NCBI GenBank assembly: GCA_946413655.1
Contig: CAMKLO010000004.1
Coordinates: 38,342-102,341 of the forward strand
Source of the DNA: an uncultured Fibrobacter sp.
Lineage (GTDB): Bacteria > Fibrobacterota > Fibrobacteria > Fibrobacterales > Fibrobacteraceae
Length of the DNA: 64,000 nucleotides
Direction of reading: 5' to 3'
The position numbers and the translations under genes were made by a program. Positions 1 to 8,312 of this stretch are shown here, one piece after another. Numbering within the stretch: position 1 is the stretch's first letter; each line of letters starts with the position of its first letter. The notes under the pieces are model-generated. The model saw only the letters and a list, made by a program, of their open reading frames with translations. It had not been told where the DNA came from and made no database searches.

Positions 1-381
1 GCAGCTTTTGCTCAGTTGGACTATAAAACGGAAGACTATCTCAGCGGTCAAATTCTTAGCAATTACCAGCTTCAAGCGAAGGGTCTTCCTGAAGGAATGT
101 CTTTCAAAAGTAGCCCCACGATTCCGCAATCATCGTCCAGTTATTATCCGTCTCCCTTCAGTTCGTCACAAACAATTTATGTTATGAATGCTTGTATCGA
201 TCAAGTTCACGATCGATATCCTTTTGCTTATGTGGATAAACGGAAAGTAAATTTGTACAATGCTAGTGCTCAAGCTTTGAAAACGGATACGACCATTGCT
301 TGGACGCTGATTTACACCGATCAGTTTGGTAGACAGGATTCGCTAGCGGTTACGACGAAGTTTATAGCAGCGAAGAAGTAG
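1..381 (+). CDS. hypothetical protein, 3' part (start probably upstream of the window)
   Basis: Frame is open from position 1 to TAG at 379-381; Ser-rich linker; no recognisable family. Confidence 0.6.
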   Translation, partial: AAFAQLDYKTEDYLSGQILSNYQLQAKGLPEGMSFKSSPTIPQSSSSYYPSPFSSSQTIYVMNACIDQVHDRYPFAYVDKRKVNLYNASAQALKTDTTIAWTLIYTDQFGRQDSLAVTTKFIAAKK

Positions 382-423
382 TGTGATTTTCCTCACCTTG
401 CTTCGTTGTCATTCCTCTTATCC

Positions 424-480
424 CACTAATCACTCGTCTTGTCATAATTCTCTCGTCTCTCGTCTCTTGTCTCTCGTCTA
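424..480 (+). repeat. 7-nt tandem repeat array (TCTCGTC x4, ending in TA)
   Basis: 451-478 reads tctcgtc tctcgtc tcttgtc tctcgtc, followed by ta. Confidence 0.9.
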
Positions 481-531
481 ACGAATCACGACTTTTGTAT
501 ATTGTCGTTATCTTAAATTTTAGCCTATGTT

Positions 532-1485
532 GTGCTTATGTTCTATCGCATTTTAAAAAACGTTTTATTGTTGGGGCTCGTTTTGCTCCTGACGGTCTCG
601 TTTGCCGATGAGACTGCCGTACTTTCTTCGTCTTCAAATACCGCTCTTTCGTCGCAGTCCGCTATAGGGTCCCTTTCTGATCAAGTTGCTATTCCGCAGT
701 CCGTTTCTGCACAGGCCCCTGTTTCGCAAACTGCTGAATCTTTATCGTCTAGCTCCAGCGCCCCGCTCCCCAAGTGGCGGACCCTTCCCGAAGTCCAAAA
801 ACCTTGGATGAAAGGCGAACGCCTTGAATTCGAACTTCGCTGGGGGTTCATCACGGCCGGTTACGCCACTCTCGAAGTCAAGTCGCGCAAGGACGGCAAA
901 ACGGAATTTTTGACGTTTGCGACCGCCAATAAGACCGTCAACAAGTTCTATCCGGTTTACGATACCGTTTATACGCTTGTCAACAACAAAGGCCTCATGA
1001 CCGATATTTTCCGCAAGTCCCTCCACGAAGGCAAGTTCCATAACAAGTCGCTCATTAAATTCGACCGCAACGGCAAGAAAGCCGTCCTTTCCGATACGGT
1101 TTTCAAGGACCCCGTCAAGCACACGGTCAAGCGCTCCGCCGATACCTCTGTGACCATCGACGGACTCGAACACAGCATCATGTCGGCGTTTTATCTTGTC
1201 CGCACCATGCCGCTTAAAGTGGGGGAAACCTCCCGTTTTTCTGCTGTAAGCGGCAAAAAACGCTACGAACTGAAAGTCGTCATCCATGGGCGGGAAACGA
1301 TTGAGACGGATTTAGGCACGTTCAAGACCGTCAAGGTGGAACCTGTGCTCGACGGCGACGGCATTTTCAACTCCAAGGGACGCATTTTCATCTGGTTTAC
1401 CGACGACGAAAAGCGAATTCCGGTGCTCATGGAGTGCGAAATTGCGCTCGGGAGCATCAAAGCTAAGTTAATTAAGGCTCAATAG
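532..1485 (+). CDS. DUF3108-like exported protein
   Basis: Signal peptide, Ser-rich linker, GERLEFELRWGFITAG, GRETIETDLGTFKT, IWFTDDEKRIPV; start could be ATG 538. Confidence 0.75.
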   Translation: MLMFYRILKNVLLLGLVLLLTVSFADETAVLSSSSNTALSSQSAIGSLSDQVAIPQSVSAQAPVSQTAESLSSSSSAPLPKWRTLPEVQKPWMKGERLEFELRWGFITAGYATLEVKSRKDGKTEFLTFATANKTVNKFYPVYDTVYTLVNNKGLMTDIFRKSLHEGKFHNKSLIKFDRNGKKAVLSDTVFKDPVKHTVKRSADTSVTIDGLEHSIMSAFYLVRTMPLKVGETSRFSAVSGKKRYELKVVIHGRETIETDLGTFKTVKVEPVLDGDGIFNSKGRIFIWFTDDEKRIPVLMECEIALGSIKAKLIKAQ

Positions 1486-1604
1486 TTATACTAGAATCTT
1501 ACGAAAATGTAAAATCAAACGAAAACACAAGTTTTACATGAAGTTTTTGAAAAAAAACAGGGATAAAAAGTTATATTCCAAGCGTAGTTTTCTATTAGAG
1601 GCTT

Positions 1605-2627
1605 TTGATGCTGAAAAAATTGTTGTTGCTGGTGTGCTTAGCATGTTTGGTTGCTTGGGCTGCCCCTACAAAGTCACGTAGGGCGGCGTTAAAATCTAAA
1701 AAGGCTCGTGTTGCCGCAGAAAAAACGGTTGAAGCTCCGGAGGCACCTGCCCCAGAAGTAGCCGCTCCTGCTGAGGCGGATGCCAATGACGGGGCTGCTG
1801 CAACTCCTGAGAGTGCTCCTGCTGCACCGAAGGTCGCTGCCGACGATGATGACGAAGAGGAAAATGTCGAAGTTTCTACGGCGGGCATGAGTGCCGCCCA
1901 GAGGCAGGACTTCCTTACTCGCAAAAAGTTCGAAGAAGACCAGCGCGCTGACGAATACGCAAACTCGGAACGCCGCCGCGACTGGCTGAAAGACCGCCTC
2001 ATTATGGAAGTTGGCCTTGGTTCCCGTATGCCGTTCATGGGCGAAACGGGCGTGGGCTTGGGTATCGGTGCTGAATATATCACGCGTTGGCATATTGGCG
2101 CCTTTGCTTCTTTCGGTTTCTTGCCGAAGGTCAAGGACAACGAATTTGACTACATGGAACTTGAAGGTGGTACGGGCTATAAAGTTGGCCTCAACTACTA
2201 CATCTTCCCGAAGATTCCTATCCACTTGGGCTTGTCCGCTTCTTACGGTACGGTTTACTACGACCATGACATGGAACCGGATGAAAATAATCTCCGTAAG
2301 TTGATTTCAGTAAACGGATTCCAGTTTGACATTCTGGTGTCCTATCTCTCGAACGAATGGTACTATTTGCAGTTCTCCTTCGGCATGTACTATGCGCCGG
2401 AACTCGGCAAGGCCCCGGAAAAGAACCCGAGCTTCAAGAAGACTGTGGACTCCAGGACCGAAGCCGAAGATACTTACGCATCCCGCGTCGTGAACAAGCC
2501 GAACGGTATGGACAAGACCGGTATTGTGTTCGGTGTGACTATCGGTTATGCGTTCCCGGAATTCTTCCCGGACGATACCGAAAAGCGCCGCCGTTTGCGT
2601 GAAAAGGAACGCAAGAACGCCAAGTAA
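1605..2627 (+). CDS. exported protein, probable small outer-membrane beta-barrel with Ala/Pro/acidic N-terminal linker
   Basis: Signal peptide; alternating aromatic/Gly strands; basic C-terminal tail. Confidence 0.6.
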   Translation: MMLKKLLLLVCLACLVAWAAPTKSRRAALKSKKARVAAEKTVEAPEAPAPEVAAPAEADANDGAAATPESAPAAPKVAADDDDEEENVEVSTAGMSAAQRQDFLTRKKFEEDQRADEYANSERRRDWLKDRLIMEVGLGSRMPFMGETGVGLGIGAEYITRWHIGAFASFGFLPKVKDNEFDYMELEGGTGYKVGLNYYIFPKIPIHLGLSASYGTVYYDHDMEPDENNLRKLISVNGFQFDILVSYLSNEWYYLQFSFGMYYAPELGKAPEKNPSFKKTVDSRTEAEDTYASRVVNKPNGMDKTGIVFGVTIGYAFPEFFPDDTEKRRRLREKERKNAK

Positions 2628-2645
2628 TTGCGTCCGCAAAAGTTT

Positions 2646-2678
2646 AAGCCCGCCACATTACTGTTGGCGGGCTTTTTT
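2646..2678. terminator. intrinsic terminator between convergent CDS and tRNA-Arg
   Basis: aagcccgcca-loop-tggcgggctt followed by a T-run. Confidence 0.8.
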
Positions 2679-2680
2679 AA

Positions 2681-2752
2681 TACCCATGTCCGGAATCGAA
2701 CCGGAATACCTTCCTTCGGAGGGAAGGACACTATCCATTGTGATACACGGGC
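2681..2752 (-). tRNA. tRNA-Arg(CCG)
   Basis: Reverse complement folds as a cloverleaf; anticodon arm cttcc-ctCCGaa-ggaag; T loop GGTTCGATTCC; CCA not encoded. Confidence 0.9.
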
Positions 2753-2789
2753 GTGTGCGTTTTCGTGCGGTTAATATAGTAAATAGCGA

Positions 2790-2946
2790 TGGGGCTTGAG
2801 CTATCAGCAATGAGCGATGAGTAATAATTTGGAGCCAATGGCTCGATAATTTAAACTCAAAGGACCGAAGGTCCGACCTCAATGCTCGCGGCTTTGCCGC
2901 CTTACTTTAATCTAGTAACTCAGAACTAGTAACTAGTAACTCCTAA
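2790..2946. repeat. head-to-head heptamer arrays with an embedded minihairpin element
   Basis: C-poor units (gagctat cagcaat gagcgat gagtaat), then CAAA-ggacc-GAA-ggtcc-GACCTCA at 2858-2881, then AGTAACT-type units running up to the rimO stop. Confidence 0.8.
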
Positions 2947-4256
2947 TCCACAATCTTCACTACAAGCTCATGCGGTTCGGCATCGACTACAAGTGCGTTG
3001 TGGAATTCGCCCACGTCGCCGTCGCCCTCGATGACCTTCACGATGTCGTCGTTTTCCATCGAGTTGCCTTCCGTGCGACCGTAGAAGTGGTATTCGCTTT
3101 CTTCGGCGACTTGGTCGATGATGATGCGGGCCGTCTTTCCGATCATGTTCTCGGCGTATTCGGCGGCGAGTTCTTCCTGGAAGTCTGTGACCGCTTCGAG
3201 TCTCGCGCGGGCGTCGCTTTCGTCCACGGTGGGCAAGTCCATTTCCATCACGGGAGTCCCTTCTTCGGGGCTGAACACGAACCCGCCCAGATGGTCGAAC
3301 TGCACGTCTTGCAGCAGTTCCATCAGTTCTTCGAAGTCTTCGTGCGTTTCGCCGGGGAAGCCCACAAGCACTGTGCTGCGGAGCGTCACGCCCGGAATGC
3401 GTTCGCGGATTTTGTGCAAGAGATCCACAAGTTCCGCCTTGCGGTAGTTCCTCTTCATGAGCTTCAGCATCTTGTCGCTGGCGTGCTGGATAGGCATATC
3501 GACGTACTTCACGAGACGCGGTTCGTTCGCCATCAAGTCCAACAGTTCGTCATCCACGAACATCGGGTACCAGTAGAGCATGCGTATCCACGGGATGCTC
3601 GTATTGTCGAGGAGTGCGCGCAAAAGCTGTACTAGCGTTCCGCCCTTTTTGCCCTTTTCACGCCCAAAGTAAGTCGTATCCTGTGCAATCAAAGTAATTT
3701 CCTTGACGCCTTGGGCTTCGAGGTCCTTCGCTTCGGCGACGATATCTTCGATGGAGCGCGAATCTTGCTTGCCGCGAATCAGCGGAATGGCGCAATAGGC
3801 GCAACGGCGGTTGCAACCTTCCGCAATTTTCAGATAAGCGTGGTGCGGGAAGCCGCCTAGATTCATGCGGGCGAGATTCTCTGCCTCACAGCCCTTCGGG
3901 ACCACAATGCCCATCTTCTTCAAAAGTTCGCCCGGCTTGTACGTGCCGACCCAGTAATCTACTTCGGGCAGTTCCTTCATCAGCTCTTCGCCATAGCGGC
4001 CGCTCAGGCAGCCCGAAACAATCAGCTTCTGCTTTGCCTTTTTCGCTTTTGCCTGTGCGAGAATCGCGTTGATGGACTCTTCTTTCGCAGCTTCAATAAA
4101 ACCGCACGTGTTCACGAGGACGTAGTCCGCCTTGGCGGCGGAATCGCAAGTGACGAACCCAGCGTGGAGCATTTCGCCGACGAGGTTTTCTGCATCGACC
4201 TGGTTTTTAGCGCATCCGAGATGCACGACAAATACTTTGGGCTTTTTTGTAGGCAT
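2943..4256 (-). CDS. rimO: ribosomal protein S12 methylthiotransferase RimO
   Basis: LGCAKNQVD, VNTCGFI, radical SAM motif CNRRCAYC, C-terminal TRAM domain; start moved to MPTKK. Confidence 0.95.
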   Translation of the reverse strand: MPTKKPKVFVVHLGCAKNQVDAENLVGEMLHAGFVTCDSAAKADYVLVNTCGFIEAAKEESINAILAQAKAKKAKQKLIVSGCLSGRYGEELMKELPEVDYWVGTYKPGELLKKMGIVVPKGCEAENLARMNLGGFPHHAYLKIAEGCNRRCAYCAIPLIRGKQDSRSIEDIVAEAKDLEAQGVKEITLIAQDTTYFGREKGKKGGTLVQLLRALLDNTSIPWIRMLYWYPMFVDDELLDLMANEPRLVKYVDMPIQHASDKMLKLMKRNYRKAELVDLLHKIRERIPGVTLRSTVLVGFPGETHEDFEELMELLQDVQFDHLGGFVFSPEEGTPVMEMDLPTVDESDARARLEAVTDFQEELAAEYAENMIGKTARIIIDQVAEESEYHFYGRTEGNSMENDDIVKVIEGDGDVGEFHNALVVDAEPHELVVKIVD

Positions 4257-4443
4257 ACCCCCAAAATATAGAATTTGAGGCAAGCCTATATGAAAAGGAA
4301 TGTCAGGAAACTTGGCAAACAAGGCTGTTTCTTTTTTTACCAGTGTTTTTTTTTGTGTTAAAATATTTATATTATTTTAAAGGTTTTGCTTGAACATGTT
4401 TTGTTCTTTGCAGGACCGTTTAGGAGTTTGAAAAGGAGAGACC

Positions 4444-4917
4444 GTGAATCTGAAATTTTTGTTTTCCGTGGTTGCGCTTGCAGTCCCGTTTAGTTTGCTT
4501 GCCTTGACTGCTTGTGATTCCGATACTGGTAGTAATCCTTCAAGTGAAGGCGCTAAAAGCGGATTCCAGTGTGATGTCCGTCGCTCCGGCAACAGCGTTC
4601 ACGTGATTGAATCGTATCAGGGCTTAGTTCACGATGTGACCATCGAAGTGTCTTTGGACGATGATGGTCGCAAAAAAGCGGACATTACCGAAAAAGTCAC
4701 ATATCCGGATGCTTCCGTTGCTCAAAGAATGTGTGCCGAAGAAAAGGAAGAAGCTTCTTCCAATCAGAACCAGTCTGAACGTGTAGATTGCGACGGCAAT
4801 ACTGTTGTAAGTTATTTTGTTGAACGCGATGATTTGGAACCGAATGAATATCAAGCATACCGACAAGAACGGTGTGCGAAAATGCGTAAGGCTGCCGAAC
4901 GTGGCGAATTAGAATAG
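4444..4917 (+). CDS. lipoprotein with one copy of a 4-Cys repeat domain
   Basis: GGAG RBS, lipobox LTAC, paralogous to the next three genes. Confidence 0.8.
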   Translation: MNLKFLFSVVALAVPFSLLALTACDSDTGSNPSSEGAKSGFQCDVRRSGNSVHVIESYQGLVHDVTIEVSLDDDGRKKADITEKVTYPDASVAQRMCAEEKEEASSNQNQSERVDCDGNTVVSYFVERDDLEPNEYQAYRQERCAKMRKAAERGELE

Positions 4918-4933
4918 CAAAGAACGTATTTAT

Positions 4934-5422
4934 ATGAAAAATCTTATTCTCGCATCTGCATTCTTGTTTGCCATGGTCGCCTGTTCTGATTCCACAAGTA
5001 GCAGTGCCGAGCATTCCCAAAACGCAAGCGCGCTAAACTCCGATGTTTTGCAATGGTCCTATTCGCAACATTCGGATGATCTTTCTAATTGGCTTGATGT
5101 AACAAGATGCAACGTATTGAGAAATGATAGCTTGGTGCTCGTACAATCGAGCTTGGCCGGTCGAGAATCCTGTATCTTTTATTTTTTTGCAAAAGGATTG
5201 GGGGCCGAATTTTTCGATGAATGCTTGTATATAAATTCGGAAGAAGCCGATTTTCAATATGACATTGTGACATCGTATGCCGATGATGTTGAATTTCGAA
5301 TTCTAAACTTGGTTCGTACGGATAATCGCATTGTGGTTCACGCAATTCATCCTACAAAAAATTTAGATGATTATGAGATAGAATATAAGGCATATTGCCG
5401 TAATTATCAAAAATGGATGTGA
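4934..5422 (+). CDS. lipoprotein, divergent member of the 4-Cys domain family
   Basis: Lipobox MVAC; CNVLRNDSLV and YKAYC motifs; AT-rich. Confidence 0.7.
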   Translation: MKNLILASAFLFAMVACSDSTSSSAEHSQNASALNSDVLQWSYSQHSDDLSNWLDVTRCNVLRNDSLVLVQSSLAGRESCIFYFFAKGLGAEFFDECLYINSEEADFQYDIVTSYADDVEFRILNLVRTDNRIVVHAIHPTKNLDDYEIEYKAYCRNYQKWM

Positions 5423-5445
5423 TTGAAATTTTTTAAGGAGAGACT

Positions 5446-6345
5446 ATGAATTTTAAGCATTTGTTCTTGACAACTTTGTTTGCCACTTCGTTCGGCCTCG
5501 TCGCCTGTGACAATAGCAGCAGTGCTGAATCTTCGGACGACAATTCGAACAAGAATGGTAAACAGGATGTAATTTCCCATTCGGGACAGGCATACTGCAA
5601 CGTGACGACGACCGCCAATTCCGTGACTGTCAGCATGGCTTTAGAAGGCGAGGCTACCTATACTTCGACTGTCACTGATGCAGGAAGTAGGTACAAGACG
5701 ATTTCTTCGGAATACTGGTATGCAAGTTCTTCCGATGCGAATAAGGAATGCAATGACCAGAAAGAAGAAGCCGCATCATGGAGAGATGGTTCGTATCAAG
5801 TGTCCTGTTCTGGCAAAAAAATCTATGTAAGCGAAATAGATGAAGGTTCATTGAGTGACCACGAAAGCAACTTTAGAGATTTGTGCCGCCAGTTTGAAGC
5901 CCGGTATGGTTCATCGTCAGGACAAAATAATTCTACTACGAATACAAACAATGAATCTAATACCGAGTTCAAATGCGATGTTAGCCGTACTGATAATTCC
6001 GTTACAATGTTGTTTTCATACAAGGGCTTTACATTTGAATCAAGTTCGTCTTTGCTAGGGACGGGATCTGAAATTTCTTCTGTGACAAATATAAAGAATG
6101 TATATCCGAGTAAAACACGGGCTGATTATGAATGCGAGTCCATGAAACGAACGGCTGCGGGTTACCCTGACGGATCCTATCAGATATCTTGTTCAGACAA
6201 TACCGTTTCGATGACAATGATTGGTGATGGCGACGACGATTTCGATTATATAAATGGTTATGCCGATAATTATTGCGAAACTGCTCGAAAAGCTTATAAT
6301 AATGGTGAACTTGATGACATGTATGAAGGCTTTTACGACATTTAG
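5446..6345 (+). CDS. lipoprotein with two copies of the 4-Cys domain
   Basis: AGGAG RBS, lipobox LVAC, internal duplication. Confidence 0.85.
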   Translation: MNFKHLFLTTLFATSFGLVACDNSSSAESSDDNSNKNGKQDVISHSGQAYCNVTTTANSVTVSMALEGEATYTSTVTDAGSRYKTISSEYWYASSSDANKECNDQKEEAASWRDGSYQVSCSGKKIYVSEIDEGSLSDHESNFRDLCRQFEARYGSSSGQNNSTTNTNNESNTEFKCDVSRTDNSVTMLFSYKGFTFESSSSLLGTGSEISSVTNIKNVYPSKTRADYECESMKRTAAGYPDGSYQISCSDNTVSMTMIGDGDDDFDYINGYADNYCETARKAYNNGELDDMYEGFYDI

Positions 6346-6403
6346 TTTTGTAAAAGTTTAGACCGCTAGCCTAATGCGTTAATTTAAAAATGGATTTATT
6401 TAT

Positions 6404-7339
6404 ATGAAAAGACTTATTCTTGCATCGGCGATAATGTTCGCCATGACTGCATGTGACGAAGGTAGCCCGACATCCAGCAATACCCCATTTACGCCGGATA
6501 CTGGAGACCAGACTGTTGACAATCCGGTTGGTGGAGAATCCCAAAATCCTCAAAATCCAGGTAATCCAAATAGTCAAGTCGTCAATGCTGGCGAGCCGTC
6601 TTGCACGGTTACTACGACTGCTAATTCTGTAACCACAGAGCAGATTTTGCCCGGTGTGGGGACCTATATCTCGACCGCCGTCAATAACGGTTCGCGTTAT
6701 TCTAGTATCACGTCGGAATACTGGTATGCCGACAACGCGACTGCCGCTAGCGAGTGTCAAAAAAATAAAGAGGAGGCAAGCCACTGGCTGGACGGTTCCA
6801 TGAAGGTGACCTGCTCTGGTAACAAGATTTTTGTTGAAGAAGTGGACGAAGGCAAATTGCGCGACTATGAAGCTGACTTCAGGGAGAACTGTGAAGATTT
6901 CGAAGCCTGGGCAAAGAGCTATTCAACTTCAAACAATCCGGGTTCGTCCAACGATCCCTCATCCACGATTGCTGACATTGGCGGCTATAAGTGCGAAGTA
7001 TCCCGTTCCGGCAAAGCCGTTACAATCCTCCAGTCCTATAAGGGACTTGGCTTTGAGGAAACTATTTCGTTTGAAAGCGGCACACCGGTAGGTGTTCGGA
7101 AGATGACGTTTACCGATGCCCAAGAAGCTGCCGAGGAATGCAGAGATCAAAAGGACCAAGCTGAAGATTCCAACGACCCGCTGTACAAGGTTGAATGTTC
7201 CGGCAAAACCGTCGTGGTGACCAAGAAGGCCAAGGATGAGTTTGGTTGGGGTGTTGACGGCTTTGAGGACTATTACAAGGCCTGGTGCGAAGACCAGAAG
7301 CGCCGCCTGAAAAACGGCGAAATAGACATGCTCATCTGA
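6404..7339 (+). CDS. lipoprotein with two copies of the 4-Cys domain
   Basis: Lipobox MTAC; close paralog of 5446-6345 (CxVTTTANSVT, SEYWYA, KEEAxxWxDGS). Confidence 0.85.
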   Translation: MKRLILASAIMFAMTACDEGSPTSSNTPFTPDTGDQTVDNPVGGESQNPQNPGNPNSQVVNAGEPSCTVTTTANSVTTEQILPGVGTYISTAVNNGSRYSSITSEYWYADNATAASECQKNKEEASHWLDGSMKVTCSGNKIFVEEVDEGKLRDYEADFRENCEDFEAWAKSYSTSNNPGSSNDPSSTIADIGGYKCEVSRSGKAVTILQSYKGLGFEETISFESGTPVGVRKMTFTDAQEAAEECRDQKDQAEDSNDPLYKVECSGKTVVVTKKAKDEFGWGVDGFEDYYKAWCEDQKRRLKNGEIDMLI

Positions 7340-7361
7340 TGATGGAAACATCTTAAAAATC

Positions 7362-7394
7362 AAAAAGACTCCGCATTTTGCGGAGTCTTTTTTC
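7362..7394. terminator. bidirectional intrinsic terminator
   Basis: aaaagactccgc-atttt-gcggagtctttt between convergent genes. Confidence 0.9.
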
Positions 7395-7420
7395 ATATTC
7401 AGTTCGTTGCTTTTGTGAAA

Positions 7421-7963
7421 TTACATGTCTTCGCTTGCGCCTGGCTGACCGATGCGGTCGTTCTTGCGGTTATCGACCCAGCCGGCATAACCCTGCGGGG
7501 CAAGCACTTCCTTGCCGAATTGCTGGGCGTTTGCGATTGTGGAGAAGTAGCCGACGCGTACGCGGTAGAACGTGCCTTCCAGTTCGCCCGGATTTTCGAC
7601 TTCGGCGACGTAGGCCTTGATGCCCTGGTCAGAGAGCCTGCTTACGACGCTGTTTGCGGCTCTTCTCGACGGCTGGATGCTCACCTGGATGACGAACGGA
7701 CCCGAGGAGCCCTGTTCGATGCTTGACGATATTGGTGCGGGCGCTGCGGGGGCGGATTTCTCTTCGGTCTCGCTAAGGGACTGGATGGGGACCAGTGCCG
7801 GTTCTTCCTCTGCAGGTGCGGCTTCGACTGCTGCTGGCTGTTCTGCGGCGGGAGTGGCCTCTGCTTGCGGTGTCGTTTGTTCTTCTTCCTTGCTACCGCA
7901 TGCCGAAAGTAGTGAACAGGACAGGGCGATAACCCCGATGAGTGAGACCGTTTGCAGCTTCAT
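7421..7963 (-). CDS. SPOR-domain lipoprotein
   Basis: Lipobox LSAC, Ala/Pro/Glu linker, FVIQV...FYRVRVGYF SPOR motif; start moved to MKLQ. Confidence 0.85.
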   Translation of the reverse strand: MKLQTVSLIGVIALSCSLLSACGSKEEEQTTPQAEATPAAEQPAAVEAAPAEEEPALVPIQSLSETEEKSAPAAPAPISSSIEQGSSGPFVIQVSIQPSRRAANSVVSRLSDQGIKAYVAEVENPGELEGTFYRVRVGYFSTIANAQQFGKEVLAPQGYAGWVDNRKNDRIGQPGASEDM

Positions 7964-8312
7964 GGCTAATCTCCGCATTAAAAAAATTGTTCTCCGCAAA
8001 AAATGGAAAATTCTTACAAAGAATATACATAAGTCTTTGATACTTCGCAAGTTATGAATATTTATTTTCGTGAAAATAAACGAAATTTTACATAAAAAAG
8101 CGTGCAAAAACGCAAAAATTTTGTATTTTAAGTGCTCAAATGTTTATGTAGAAACGGGCGGCCTCAATTTTTTTTCGGACCAGAGGTTTTCAGCCTTCAA
8201 AAAAAATGTTTTATTCGGTAAAAATCTTGGGAACGTATCGCTAAAATGCAGATTAGTTTCATATATTTTTACTTGAAAAAAAAGCTTTTTTACTTATAGC
8301 GAACGGGTTTTT

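Noticed and set aside
2681-2752. tRNAs lacking encoded CCA, and non-canonical pairs in tRNA-Arg(CCG)
   Set aside because: CCA is commonly added after transcription, and the cloverleaf is otherwise intact.
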